From positions 30,927 through 94,926 of IMG/VR virus record IMGVR_UViG_3300030108_003282: a stretch of 64,000 nt of DNA; one strand, 5' to 3'. The stretch comes from a virus. The translations under genes were made by a program, and so were the position numbers. The notes under the pieces were generated by a model. That model was not told the origin of the DNA, did not search any database, and saw nothing but the letters and a program-made list of their open reading frames with translations. This document shows positions 17,475-27,371 of this stretch, piece by piece; positions within the stretch are counted from its first letter, which is position 1; every line of letters begins with the position of its first letter.

Positions 17475-20012
17475 CTATTCTTCGGTAGGAAGGGGTAATT
17501 TGTTATACCTATCTTCATAAATATTCCACTTTCCTTCATCCCCTTCCTTATCAGCAGGAGTTTGTTTATATCCAGTCCATGCAAGCCACATTCTTTGTCC
17601 ATCTACGTCTAAGACTCTATAATGCATTTTAGTTTCAAACTTGTTGCCTTCTAAGAAATATTCATGATAGCCGTCCCTTTGAATGCCTAATCTTATCTTT
17701 CCAGAATCAATAACTTTTCCCTTAGTTACTGTTTTTGCTACTTCTGCTGGATATTTCCCAGCCGCACCGAATAAATCAAAAAGTTCTTCCTCATTCTCGA
17801 CATTAATTGTCCAAAACATATTTTCAGTTTTAAGTTTGATTGCTAATGTTATATTATCATCTTCTCTCGAATAAAGTTTGAATTCACCCTCTCTTAACTC
17901 AGGCGGTGTTTTATATTCACCTTCGACGGCTTTAATATCTTCTTTTTTAATTTCTTCTTCCTGCATGATTTTATCATCATCAGCAACTATTTTATTGTCT
18001 TTTTCGCTAATACCGTCTCTAAGAATAGACCATTGTTTAAGTTTTTTCTCATCAGAATCAAGAACCTCTTCATATAAACTGGGCTGTTTTTCTTTTAAGA
18101 AATTATGTAATTGTTTTGGTGTCTTAGGACCATTCATTTTTAAATGCTGAAAAATAGCAACAGTTAAATCGCTTTGTTTTGATTTCATAATATCAATTAC
18201 CTGTTGCTTCCACATATCTAAATCCATTGTAGCATTTCTAGACATTAGATTATCTTCTTCATAGCCATAGATTGTAAATCCATCTATATCATATTTGATA
18301 ATAATATTTGCTTCTCCATGAATATGGTCAGTAATTTTTATTCCTTTTGTGAATGCTTCAACATCATAATTAAGAGATTTCTTAGTGTCTTGAGAAAGTA
18401 ATTCTAATGTGACTAGTTTATCGGGATGTTCTACTTCGGGAATCTCAATAGGTTTTGCTGAAAACAAACTAAACCCGTCTCCCTTCTTTTTGACTTCATC
18501 TACCTTTACTCGAATAATATCCCCAACATCTACAGAAATTTTTGTATTGAGTGCTTTACCTACATTCAAATAATGTCTTTTCTTTATTTCAACTGCTCCA
18601 GTCATTTCTTCATCAACTGGCCCAACACCCACAGTATAAGAAAATAGATTACTTTTTGTTTTCTTCTTATCTAAAACAATAACATCTAAGTCAACAAACT
18701 TCTTCAATTTAATCCATTTTGGATTTTTCTTAGTGCCAATATAATAAGTTGAAGTAGCGTCTTTAATAACTACTCCTTCAGATGTAGGAATTTGCATCAT
18801 TTCTTCTGCATACTTCTCAATATCTTTTAAATTATCTGCTTGGCGAGTATCTTTCTTTGATGGATATGCTATCGCTTCGCTAGATTTAGAGGAATAGTTA
18901 TTGAATAAAATTGTCATTCGGTTCTCTAATTCTTCGTCTGCCAATGTCTGAGATTCGTGGCGAATAATATCAAAAACATGGCATCGAAGTTTAGCGTCTT
19001 TATATTTCCCTTTGAAGACATGAGCGACGGTATCGGCTCTATGAAGAGGCTCATCATTATTAAAAAGAACCAATTCTCCATCTAAAATACAATCACCATA
19101 CTCTTTTTTCTTTAATTCCTTTACTTGTTCTTTACATTGTTCAGAAATGTCTTTACCATTAAATGAATATATTTTAACATTGTCATCAATTTTATGCAAC
19201 TGGACTCTCATCCCGTCGTATTTTTCTTGAACATACCAGTTGCCACTAAACCCTTTTAATTCATTAATATCATCTACTTCAAAAATTCTATACATGGGTT
19301 TATTAGGAATAATAAACTGCGATATGGACTTTTTCTCATCACTCGGAATAGACTTCTCTAATCCGTCTATATCTTTCAGTTCTTCCCAATCTTCCTCTTC
19401 ATTTTTAGAAAAGAAGATTAGTTCTAACATATCCATAGCAGCCTTTACTTTCGATTCGACCTTTTTTGAGTCTTTTCCGTCTCCGTAATGTTCTATAATA
19501 TAGAGGGCTATGTCGTCCGATTCTAGGTCAAGACCCATAAGACCCTCCGTAATTGTGTCGGGACGCATCCCTTTAACACTATAAATGTCAGCAGATAGGG
19601 CTTTATTATCGTCCCTTAATGCATAATGCACAAATTTAACCATAGTTTCTGGATTATCTAACAATTCTTCAAGAACACCGTCCTTGAACATCGTTGCGAA
19701 AGGGTCAGCAACGATAGATGAGGAATAGCGAAGAAGTTTTACTTTATCAAACAGTTCTTTTGCTTGTCTTGAAGAAGGGTCTTTTGCGTCTTTGTCTTCT
19801 AAATCCTTTTCATCAATAAAGTTTCTCATCTCTTTTCCTGCGGCATCACTCTCATTATAAGAGTCTATAATCATATCAACCGCTTTACGCCAACGACCCG
19901 AATATTCTGTAGGGTCTTGTCTTGCAGATAAATAGGCAACTCTTGTCTTTTCAAATAGACGAAGAATTTCTTGGGAAGGCTGTTTATCCTTCTCAATAGA
20001 ACCCAACTTCAT
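17475..20012 (-). CDS. lig: ATP-dependent DNA ligase, multidomain
   Basis: EKYDG (I), ILDGEL (III), FDII (IIIa), EGVVIK (IV), WIKLK (V), OB fold; extra N- and C-terminal domains. Confidence 0.9.
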   Translation of the reverse strand: MKLGSIEKDKQPSQEILRLFEKTRVAYLSARQDPTEYSGRWRKAVDMIIDSYNESDAAGKEMRNFIDEKDLEDKDAKDPSSRQAKELFDKVKLLRYSSSIVADPFATMFKDGVLEELLDNPETMVKFVHYALRDDNKALSADIYSVKGMRPDTITEGLMGLDLESDDIALYIIEHYGDGKDSKKVESKVKAAMDMLELIFFSKNEEEDWEELKDIDGLEKSIPSDEKKSISQFIIPNKPMYRIFEVDDINELKGFSGNWYVQEKYDGMRVQLHKIDDNVKIYSFNGKDISEQCKEQVKELKKKEYGDCILDGELVLFNNDEPLHRADTVAHVFKGKYKDAKLRCHVFDIIRHESQTLADEELENRMTILFNNYSSKSSEAIAYPSKKDTRQADNLKDIEKYAEEMMQIPTSEGVVIKDATSTYYIGTKKNPKWIKLKKFVDLDVIVLDKKKTKSNLFSYTVGVGPVDEEMTGAVEIKKRHYLNVGKALNTKISVDVGDIIRVKVDEVKKKGDGFSLFSAKPIEIPEVEHPDKLVTLELLSQDTKKSLNYDVEAFTKGIKITDHIHGEANIIIKYDIDGFTIYGYEEDNLMSRNATMDLDMWKQQVIDIMKSKQSDLTVAIFQHLKMNGPKTPKQLHNFLKEKQPSLYEEVLDSDEKKLKQWSILRDGISEKDNKIVADDDKIMQEEEIKKEDIKAVEGEYKTPPELREGEFKLYSREDDNITLAIKLKTENMFWTINVENEEELFDLFGAAGKYPAEVAKTVTKGKVIDSGKIRLGIQRDGYHEYFLEGNKFETKMHYRVLDVDGQRMWLAWTGYKQTPADKEGDEGKWNIYEDRYNKLPLPTEE

Positions 20013-20017
20013 ACAAA

Positions 20018-20554
20018 TCATCTATTTCTTTCGTACTCAGGGTCTAATGTTTCTCCTGAGTATTCGGAATCATAAAACATAGTTTGTTCAGGAATAGAAG
20101 CCAATTCTTTTTCAAGAGCCATTAATTTACGATTGATATTAATGATTTCATTCATCATTTCATTTCGTTCTTCAGGCTTAGCCATTTTAATCTGTTTAGA
20201 TAAACCAGTAAGCATAGAAGCAAGACCATCAATTTGACTAATCAACTTAACTCTTTGTTCATGATTCAGAAGAGGGTTTTCATCCATATCTTCAGGTAGA
20301 ATAGCCTTAAGCAAACTAACCATCTTTGTTATTTCTCCCGCATAAGCATGAAGAGTATCGGGGCCATCGTTTGATTGTGCATTGTAGTTATAATTTTCAG
20401 CCTTTGGTCTTTTCAATTTCACCGCTTCTGATTCATCATCCATTGGGTTTCTATTATTATCCATTAAGGACTGATAAAGAATTTCTTTGGCTTCTCTCGC
20501 TTTTTGAATAATAATACTAATCTGTCTTTCTTCTTTCGTTACTCTTTCAGGCAT
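20018..20554 (-). CDS. Hypothetical head-module protein
   Basis: ORF track. Confidence 0.65.
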   Translation of the reverse strand: MPERVTKEERQISIIIQKAREAKEILYQSLMDNNRNPMDDESEAVKLKRPKAENYNYNAQSNDGPDTLHAYAGEITKMVSLLKAILPEDMDENPLLNHEQRVKLISQIDGLASMLTGLSKQIKMAKPEERNEMMNEIININRKLMALEKELASIPEQTMFYDSEYSGETLDPEYERNR

Positions 20555-20559
20555 TTAAA

Positions 20560-20805
20560 TCACTCCATTTTTGAAACCATTTTATGAATTTCGGACCAAT
20601 CCATACTAGAAACATCAGTTGTCGGTAAAGAATCAACTCCACCAACACTATTATCCATAGAAGGGGTTGGACTTTGAGAAACAACTAAACCTGCTTTCAT
20701 TAGAAGACTATCCTTTGCATAAATTGTTTTTTCTAATGCTTCCACTTTAGCGGTTAAAGCCTTAATTATTTCTAACACATCTTTGTTAATACTCTCTTCT
20801 GTCAT
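20560..20805 (-). CDS. Small scaffold-like protein
   Basis: C-terminal MDWSEIHKMV matches the protease-scaffold end MDWADIHKMV. Confidence 0.65.
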   Translation of the reverse strand: MTEESINKDVLEIIKALTAKVEALEKTIYAKDSLLMKAGLVVSQSPTPSMDNSVGGVDSLPTTDVSSMDWSEIHKMVSKME

Positions 20806-21167
20806 TTCTTTTCCTCCTTTTTACCAACTGGATAAATTAAATCTCTTAATTGTCTATAAAGAAGTTCGTACTCTTTACGAAGTTTCGTAGCAGTAGCCAC
20901 TATATCAATGTTCCTTTCATCCATTGACTTCATTTTCTTATTTAACTTCTTGTCTGATTTGATTAGTTCTAATTCTCTAAGAGTCTCAATAAGTTCACCT
21001 AATTTAGTAAAGTCTTGACCAAAAAATTCTGTGGGTTCTGCGGCTTGAAGTGTCTTTTTCAGTTTTCTTCTTCCTTTAGTATCTAAAGAGTCAATAAGTT
21101 TTTTAGGCTTTTGTTTCTCCTCTTTGAGAACAAAATTATCTCCATCTCCGTAGTAATCCCATGTCAT
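20802..21167 (-). CDS. Hypothetical protein
   Basis: ORF track; coupled to neighbours. Confidence 0.65.
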   Translation of the reverse strand: MTWDYYGDGDNFVLKEEKQKPKKLIDSLDTKGRRKLKKTLQAAEPTEFFGQDFTKLGELIETLRELELIKSDKKLNKKMKSMDERNIDIVATATKLRKEYELLYRQLRDLIYPVGKKEEKK

Positions 21168-22744
21168 TCTTCTTCCCCCACATCAGAAAGATTTCTCAAC
21201 TGATTTACAATATCGCCTAATTCATTTGACTTTTCTTGGTATTTGTCAGAAGCATCTTCAAACTCTGTCATTCTTGCAGCATTAAGAGTAGGGAATCCTT
21301 CAAAGAAACCATCTACTAGTCTAGCGTCGGGATTTTCCATCATAAAATCAGTAAATCCTTGAGTAATCGCTCCTTCGGATTCACGAGTAATTTGTGCCAT
21401 TTTATTAGATTGTCTTCTTAGATACGAAAGCATATTGATTCCCTTAGTAAATAATTTTTTAACTGGAGTAGATGGTTCTAATTCTCTGAACATTCCTAAG
21501 AATCTTCCAAACGCTTTTATATTTTCATCTTGGTCAAAAGCGTCAATATCTGTCATTAATCTTTCTAATTTTCTTCTTTCTAAGGCAATCTCTCTTTCTA
21601 ATTCTTGAGTTGCTTCGGCAACATATTTGTCTTTATTCTCGCTTATATCTTTAAATGTGGACATCAGAGACTTGACATCCTCGACACTTCCTGAGCCAAT
21701 AACACGCTTCAAAGATTCATTTAATTTTTGCAACTTTCTTCCAACAATCTTATCTTTATCTTTTAACAGTTTCTCTAATTCACCTATCTTTTCTTCTAAA
21801 AATATCTTAGAAGAAGCAATTTGCCTATTGTTAGCCTGAACTGCTTGAACTTTTCTTAATGCTCTTTCATATTGAACATTTACCCCTAAATCTACATCTT
21901 TCTTTTTTGCTCTTTCCATCATGGATAGCCTTTCTCTTTTGACTCTTCTTCTATCAACAAGATTTCTTGGCTTTCTTTTATATTTTTGAGTATGTAATAA
22001 TTCAAAGACCTTTAAGAAATCAATTGGCTCTTTTCCTTCAACCTCAAAATCTAAATCCAAAATTCCTCTAAGAGTTCTAAATATTCTATTAGCATCAATA
22101 TCTTTTCCTGTTCTTTCTTCTGTTCTTTGGGTTCTGCTTAAATTAAATTTTTTACCAGTTAAAATCCCATCGACCAAAAGTTTATCATATTTATCGTTTA
22201 GATAATCAGGATTCTTCTTAATCATTGTCAGCAAAGTAAGTAATTTACTAGATTTAGCGGCAGTTGCCCCTAATTTAAGATAATCTTTCATAGCACCTCT
22301 AACAACAGTTTTGCCGTCAACAACTTGAACTCTTGCATTTTCGGCAATATCTAAAAGAATATCTTTTTGATAATTTAATTCAGATAATTCTTTGTAAGCA
22401 TCTTTTTCTTCAGATTGCCTACTAATTCTTGAACCCAATGCCTCTTCTTCTAATCTTGCTTCTCTTTCTTCTTCGGTAGAGAGAATCTCTTCCTCGGTTG
22501 TTAAATCAGACTCTCCTTCTTCAAGGCTTCTCCTTGCATCTTCTCTTGCTTCTTCTTCATTCTTCGCAATAGTAATATATTTACGATATTCAATCATATT
22601 TTGAGAAGTAAGGTTGTTTATTAAAGAAACCTTGATTAAAGAAGCATCAGCGCCCTCATTAACTAATGAGGTAGTTTCTTCGTCTAAATTAGCCTTTCTT
22701 AAAATGTTAAGCAAAGATTTATCTTTGGCTAATTCATAATACAT
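21164..22744 (-). CDS. Large coiled-coil protein (putative internal virion protein)
   Basis: 526 aa, charged helical; GAGGTGA RBS. Confidence 0.65.
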   Translation of the reverse strand: MYYELAKDKSLLNILRKANLDEETTSLVNEGADASLIKVSLINNLTSQNMIEYRKYITIAKNEEEAREDARRSLEEGESDLTTEEEILSTEEEREARLEEEALGSRISRQSEEKDAYKELSELNYQKDILLDIAENARVQVVDGKTVVRGAMKDYLKLGATAAKSSKLLTLLTMIKKNPDYLNDKYDKLLVDGILTGKKFNLSRTQRTEERTGKDIDANRIFRTLRGILDLDFEVEGKEPIDFLKVFELLHTQKYKRKPRNLVDRRRVKRERLSMMERAKKKDVDLGVNVQYERALRKVQAVQANNRQIASSKIFLEEKIGELEKLLKDKDKIVGRKLQKLNESLKRVIGSGSVEDVKSLMSTFKDISENKDKYVAEATQELEREIALERRKLERLMTDIDAFDQDENIKAFGRFLGMFRELEPSTPVKKLFTKGINMLSYLRRQSNKMAQITRESEGAITQGFTDFMMENPDARLVDGFFEGFPTLNAARMTEFEDASDKYQEKSNELGDIVNQLRNLSDVGEEE

Positions 22745-22753
22745 TTAATCACC

Positions 22754-22978
22754 TCAAAAAGGAATGTTTTCTTTCTTTCCTCTTTTTTTAGGAGGTAATA
22801 GAATAACATCGGGATTATCTGCCGATGATGGCCTAGCCTTGTGAGAAGTATCTGGTGGTAATCCAACAGACATATCTCTATTCTTCTTTACCTTATTATT
22901 CTCTTGTGCTGTCATAGCCTTAACTTTGGCTAATTCTTTTGTTAGTCTTCTTTGTTTTTGGTGTAAATCTTCGCTCAT
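22754..22978 (-). CDS. Hypothetical protein
   Basis: ORF track; overlaps upstream stop. Confidence 0.55.
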   Translation of the reverse strand: MSEDLHQKQRRLTKELAKVKAMTAQENNKVKKNRDMSVGLPPDTSHKARPSSADNPDVILLPPKKRGKKENIPF

Positions 22979-23289
22979 ATTTTTGCCTCCATTAAATTTC
23001 CTCGTGTTCTTTCTAAAATTTTAATAAGTTCTTCTTTTGACATTTGACCAATTTTATCCATAACGGCATCCATTAAATCTTCTCTTGTCATTTCAGCCAA
23101 TTCATCCATTTCTTCTCCAAACATAGAATCAAAGGTAGGGTCATCCATTCTTCCAGAAGCAGGAGAAGGTTTTCCTCCTGCTACCTTAATAGGTGGTTTT
23201 CTTCTTTCAGGACTTCTACTTCTTCTTTCGGGGTCAAGTTCCCGAATAGGTCTTACTCTTGCCTTTATGATGTTTTCCCAACTATTCAT
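22975..23289 (-). CDS. Putative internal head protein (W-tag MNSWENIIK)
   Basis: Start just after the portal stop; tag shared with many neighbours. Confidence 0.6.
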   Translation of the reverse strand: MNSWENIIKARVRPIRELDPERRSRSPERRKPPIKVAGGKPSPASGRMDDPTFDSMFGEEMDELAEMTREDLMDAVMDKIGQMSKEELIKILERTRGNLMEAKI

Positions 23290-23290
23290 A

Positions 23291-24931
23291 TTAACCAACC
23301 CTCCTTTCTGTTCTTCTGTCATTGTTTTGATTTCCAGCGTCTAACGGCAATCCCGACATTCGCTTATCGGGTGCTACGCTCATGGAGGGTTTATTTCTTG
23401 TGGTCGCAGGATTCTCCTGTGGCTTGCTCCCGCCTTGAAGTGCTTGTTCTTGCATTTGTCCCAATTGTGAAGCATCAATGTTTGTTCCTGCATACGGGTC
23501 AGTTTGAGCAGTTCCCTCTCCCTTTTCACCCTCTGGTTTTTGTTCGGGTTCTGGCTTCTTAAAAGTAAATTGACCATCTTCATCCATATCTACTTCAAAT
23601 CCTAGATTTTTAGTTGATGCAGCAATATTAACTTCAATCTCACGCTTACGAAGAACAGCAATTTCATCTTCTTCTTCGCTTGGAGGCAACTTTAAGTTCC
23701 AATCTGTAATACCAAATTGTTTTACAAGGAATGGAAAAACGTAATTATTATAGACAGTTTGTGCTTTTTGAACTGCTCTATTCGTTACAAGAATTTGCAT
23801 ACCTTCATTGTTTAATCCACCGCTAGTAGTGTTATCAGCCATAAAGACTTTACTAACTCCATAAAAGGCTGATATTCTATCTCTTAAATCATCTTTAACA
23901 GAAACATAATCCATTTCTTTAAGGCTATCCATGAACTTAATCCACTCAACTCCGCCTTTACCACCTTCTGCTTCAATTCCCATAACAGGAATAAAATGAG
24001 GGTCTGCCTCCATTTTTTCTTTTACAGAACGCCAAAAAGACCTCATTGAATCCATGTTTCTTGTTTGGACTGCCAAAAGACCTCTTGGCATACGACTCTT
24101 AGTATAGGAAGAATTAACATAGTTTTCCATAGCAATAAGAGTCATGATATTATTAAAGAGAGTAATTACAGGAGACATACCATATAACCTTGAAGGGCTG
24201 TATTTACTAAAATGTAATACTTCTCCTTTTAAGAAATATTGGTCGTCTCCTTTTACCCTATTAACATAATGAATAGGGAATAAATTACTACCACAAATTT
24301 CGCACTTTTCATGTGGGTCTTTGTGAATAATGTTGCGATGATTTACACAAGTAAAGCCTTTTGTTCCTCTTTGTCCATTTTCATCGCTATAAATAAACAT
24401 AGTAACTGGGTCGCCTCGATAAACTTCTTTAACTCGATGCATTCTAATTTTACCATTACCATCAATAAAATATTCTTTAACAAGAACAATATAAGCATCA
24501 TCCATAATATTTAAATCATCTTCAAGTTCCTGTAAAACATCAATAAACAACTGTTCAGACTTATTTACATAACCCTCGATGAACTTCTCAGCGTATTCCA
24601 ATTGTTTAACATCGGGAATCTTAAGGTCGGTGCTTCCACAACGAGAGCATTCTTGAACAGGTCTTTTGTGTTCTTTACTACAATTATTACATCGTGCTTC
24701 ATATGCTTTTTCCCAAACATAACCTCTTCTAAATACTTCTTGTTTTAGTTGAGTAATACAAGTTCTAGCGATTACGGATTGATTAACGATATTATAAATA
24801 ATTGGGCCTGTCATTAAGTGGTGGGTTTCTCTTTCTTGAATACCCATATTGTAGACTTTTCTATCAGCAGGTTTGGGAGTTTGTCTCCTAAATAGGTTAG
24901 TAATACTAAATCGTCTTTTTTCTTCAACCAT
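23291..24931 (-). CDS. Portal protein with Zn-ribbon insertions
   Basis: EVLHF...LYGMSPV, MPRGLL, ISAFYGVS; two Cys-rich inserts. Confidence 0.9.
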   Translation of the reverse strand: MVEEKRRFSITNLFRRQTPKPADRKVYNMGIQERETHHLMTGPIIYNIVNQSVIARTCITQLKQEVFRRGYVWEKAYEARCNNCSKEHKRPVQECSRCGSTDLKIPDVKQLEYAEKFIEGYVNKSEQLFIDVLQELEDDLNIMDDAYIVLVKEYFIDGNGKIRMHRVKEVYRGDPVTMFIYSDENGQRGTKGFTCVNHRNIIHKDPHEKCEICGSNLFPIHYVNRVKGDDQYFLKGEVLHFSKYSPSRLYGMSPVITLFNNIMTLIAMENYVNSSYTKSRMPRGLLAVQTRNMDSMRSFWRSVKEKMEADPHFIPVMGIEAEGGKGGVEWIKFMDSLKEMDYVSVKDDLRDRISAFYGVSKVFMADNTTSGGLNNEGMQILVTNRAVQKAQTVYNNYVFPFLVKQFGITDWNLKLPPSEEEDEIAVLRKREIEVNIAASTKNLGFEVDMDEDGQFTFKKPEPEQKPEGEKGEGTAQTDPYAGTNIDASQLGQMQEQALQGGSKPQENPATTRNKPSMSVAPDKRMSGLPLDAGNQNNDRRTERRVG

Positions 24932-24984
24932 AAATCACACCCCCTTTTTTATCCCTACGCTATCCTTGCCTATCAACGCTTCGG

Positions 24985-25218
24985 TCAGGGTTGGCCCCTA
25001 TCCTCGATGTCATATCTTTCGTTGCTTGAACGAAGCATTTCGTCTAAAATACCCTTTAAATACGTTGGTCTATTTTCTGGTTTTTTCATTCCAGACTTTA
25101 AATAATAGATGACCATTCTTTTATTTATGTCTGCTAAATTAGTGTATCGGACATATTTTTTCCTATCTCTTGGTAATTCGTCATTTATGATACCGTCTTT
25201 GAGTTCTTTCCAACTCAT
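24985..25218 (-). CDS. Hypothetical protein (MSWKELK start)
   Basis: GGTGA upstream; W-tag-like N-terminus. Confidence 0.5.
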   Translation of the reverse strand: MSWKELKDGIINDELPRDRKKYVRYTNLADINKRMVIYYLKSGMKKPENRPTYLKGILDEMLRSSNERYDIEDRGQP

Positions 25219-25400
25219 TCTTTTTTTAGCAATCACCATGCTTGCCCCCAATATAAAGCGAATTCTGTTTGACAGGTCATACATTTTTCTCTTTGACTAA
25301 CGGCCTTTTTGCATTTACGACAGACCGTAGCATAACGAATGCGTTTAGGTAATTTTTTTCTTACTGTGTGTTTAAACACTTCATAATGATGGCGTGGCAT

Positions 25401-25691
25401 TTAGCAATTCCACCTTCTTCTAGCGGCTTTTGCTTTCTCGCTGTAAGTGCCATCTTTTCTCTTAAATCCTCTTGACCTTGCACAAAAACTCTTTCTTCTT
25501 TTTGCTGCCTTACTTCCAGGTTTTAATTTACTAGGCTTAGTAGTAACTGGTGGCTTTAAATTAGAACCTTGTTCACGCTTAAACTTAGCACGACCTTTAG
25601 CACTTAATCCACCCGTTCTTGCGTGAATCTTTTTGTTATAGCCTTTAAATGGCTTCTTTTTCTTTTTAAGAATATCTTGCCAATCATTCAT
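25401..25691 (-). CDS. Lys/Arg-rich putative DNA-binding core protein
   Basis: W-tag; GGL.AKGR...GSNLKPPV...RRKSFCAR...RRWNC, a motif recalled from marine phage proteins. Confidence 0.65.
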   Translation of the reverse strand: MNDWQDILKKKKKPFKGYNKKIHARTGGLSAKGRAKFKREQGSNLKPPVTTKPSKLKPGSKAAKRRKSFCARSRGFKRKDGTYSEKAKAARRRWNC

Positions 25692-26259
25692 ATTTATCAC
25701 CTATCATGTAGCCTAATTTTTTTCCTGCTTCAATATCGCTTGGGTAGTGGCTTCCCATTTGTATTCTTGATAAAGAAATTTTGTCAGCCATTTCTTTTAA
25801 TTCTTTCTTCTTATCTGGATATTTTTTTCCTAAAACTCTTTCTAATCCATGAGCAAGCATTGAATGACCGCTTGGGAAAGCAGGAGTATCATCTGTTTTT
25901 GTTTTTGTTGTTTTTATTTTATCAGATATTTGATGAGGACGTGGCCTTTGGTATTTCATTTTAAGTGTCATGGCATAATAATTAATATCTTTCATGAAGT
26001 CCATGTAATTATTTTTGTCCTCGCCTACAATTTTAAACATTTCAACATCGGGTTTTAAGTCAGAATCTTTCATTTGCTTAGGAGTTATTCTTTTCTTTTT
26101 CATTGTTGCTATCACAGAAGGTATTTCTTTTTCTTCTTGGGGATAACTTAATTTAGGAATATCTATTTTCATCTTTGGGCTTCTTTCTAATATTTTCTTC
26201 TTATCTTCCGAAAGTGTTCCTTCCCACTTTCTTTTCTTAAGAATAGAAAACCAATTCAT
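25684..26259 (-). CDS. PAP2/acid phosphatase (haloperoxidase superfamily)
   Basis: KxxxxRPRP, FPSGH, SRxxxGxHYPSD; N-terminal W-tag MNWFSILK. Confidence 0.85.
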   Translation of the reverse strand: MNWFSILKKRKWEGTLSEDKKKILERSPKMKIDIPKLSYPQEEKEIPSVIATMKKKRITPKQMKDSDLKPDVEMFKIVGEDKNNYMDFMKDINYYAMTLKMKYQRPRPHQISDKIKTTKTKTDDTPAFPSGHSMLAHGLERVLGKKYPDKKKELKEMADKISLSRIQMGSHYPSDIEAGKKLGYMIGDKYE

Positions 26260-26263
26260 TTTA

Positions 26264-26641
26264 TCACTTTGGTTTATGTGTGTAAATGTCTCCATCTTTG
26301 TGCATAAAGATTTTACCTTCCTTTTCTAATTTAGACAAGGCTCTTTTAATTTCAGATTCTTCTCCAAATTGTTTTAGATTTTTCATCCCCAATGCTCCGC
26401 CTTCTTTTTTGATTTCAGCAAGAATTTTTGCTTCAATGTCTTGTTTAACCATTCTTCCAACCACAGGTCTTTGCCCTACACCATATTTTTGTTTTAGTTC
26501 GCTAATCAAACGACTTACATTAATCATAGGGCTATTTCTTCTATCAAACTCTCTTATTGCTTCATCAGGCAATCCTCTTAGAGCAGGATAAGTTTGCCTT
26601 AGTCCTTTAATATCTAATTTCAATATATCTTTCCAAGTCAT
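26264..26641 (-). CDS. Winged-helix-like protein with W-tag
   Basis: MTWKDILK; IKRALSKLEKEGKI. Confidence 0.55.
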   Translation of the reverse strand: MTWKDILKLDIKGLRQTYPALRGLPDEAIREFDRRNSPMINVSRLISELKQKYGVGQRPVVGRMVKQDIEAKILAEIKKEGGALGMKNLKQFGEESEIKRALSKLEKEGKIFMHKDGDIYTHKPK

Positions 26642-27096
26642 GCTCTCATCCTCTTTGTTTTTCTTTTACTAGATTCTTTTCTTGCTAGTGCTACCTTATG
26701 TGCTGAATTTAATCTTTTCTTTGTTTCAGGGTCTTTGGCTCTCTTTGCTGCTACCCTTGCTCTTTGTTCAACTAAATTGATAATTTGTGATTGTCTCTTG
26801 TGTGGTTTTGATTTAAATGAAGAACTAGAAAAAGTTTCTCTTACATCTTTTGCAGTTTTAAACTTTACAGGGACAGTATCTTTCGGGTTTTCATCAGTAT
26901 ATAATCTTCTTGTAGAACCCTTCGGCTTCTTCCCAGTCCCCTTCTTCGGGTCTTTCTTTAAAATATTTTTCCAACTCTTTCCAACATATCCTGAAGCATA
27001 AGCGGCTGCTGCTTGTCTTTCGGCATCTTTACGATTTTTATAGACTTTACCCTTACTACCCCATTTATAGCCGCCTTTTACCTTTCTAATAGGCAT
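26638..27096 (-). CDS. Basic protein (two modules joined by a W-tag)
   Basis: MPIRKVKGGYKWG module + SWKNILK + LYTDENPKDT module. Confidence 0.65.
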   Translation of the reverse strand: MPIRKVKGGYKWGSKGKVYKNRKDAERQAAAAYASGYVGKSWKNILKKDPKKGTGKKPKGSTRRLYTDENPKDTVPVKFKTAKDVRETFSSSSFKSKPHKRQSQIINLVEQRARVAAKRAKDPETKKRLNSAHKVALARKESSKRKTKRMRA

Positions 27097-27101
27097 AAGA
27101 A

Positions 27102-27371
27102 TCACTTTTGACTAAATTTCTTTCCTGTTGGAACGTGCTGAATACCCTTTTTACGGCCTTTTCTTTTCTTTGAGTCTTGATACCGAAGAGTTTTCTTATC
27201 TGTTCTCTTATAGGTCGCTCTTGGCATATATCTTCCTTTAGTTTTGGGTTTTGGTTTCTTGCCTTTATCTTTTGCTCTATGCTGTTCAGCACTCCCCCAA
27301 TCCTCATCAGTCCAAGTAGATAAATCTCTTTGCCTTTTTGATTTGGCTTTGAGAATATTACGCCAATTAAT
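27102..27371 (-). CDS. Basic protein (DUF5872-like), probable ATT start
   Basis: (I/M)NWRNILK tag; QRDLSTWTDEDW...GRYMP. Confidence 0.6.
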   Translation of the reverse strand: MNWRNILKAKSKRQRDLSTWTDEDWGSAEQHRAKDKGKKPKPKTKGRYMPRATYKRTDKKTLRYQDSKKRKGRKKGIQHVPTGKKFSQK

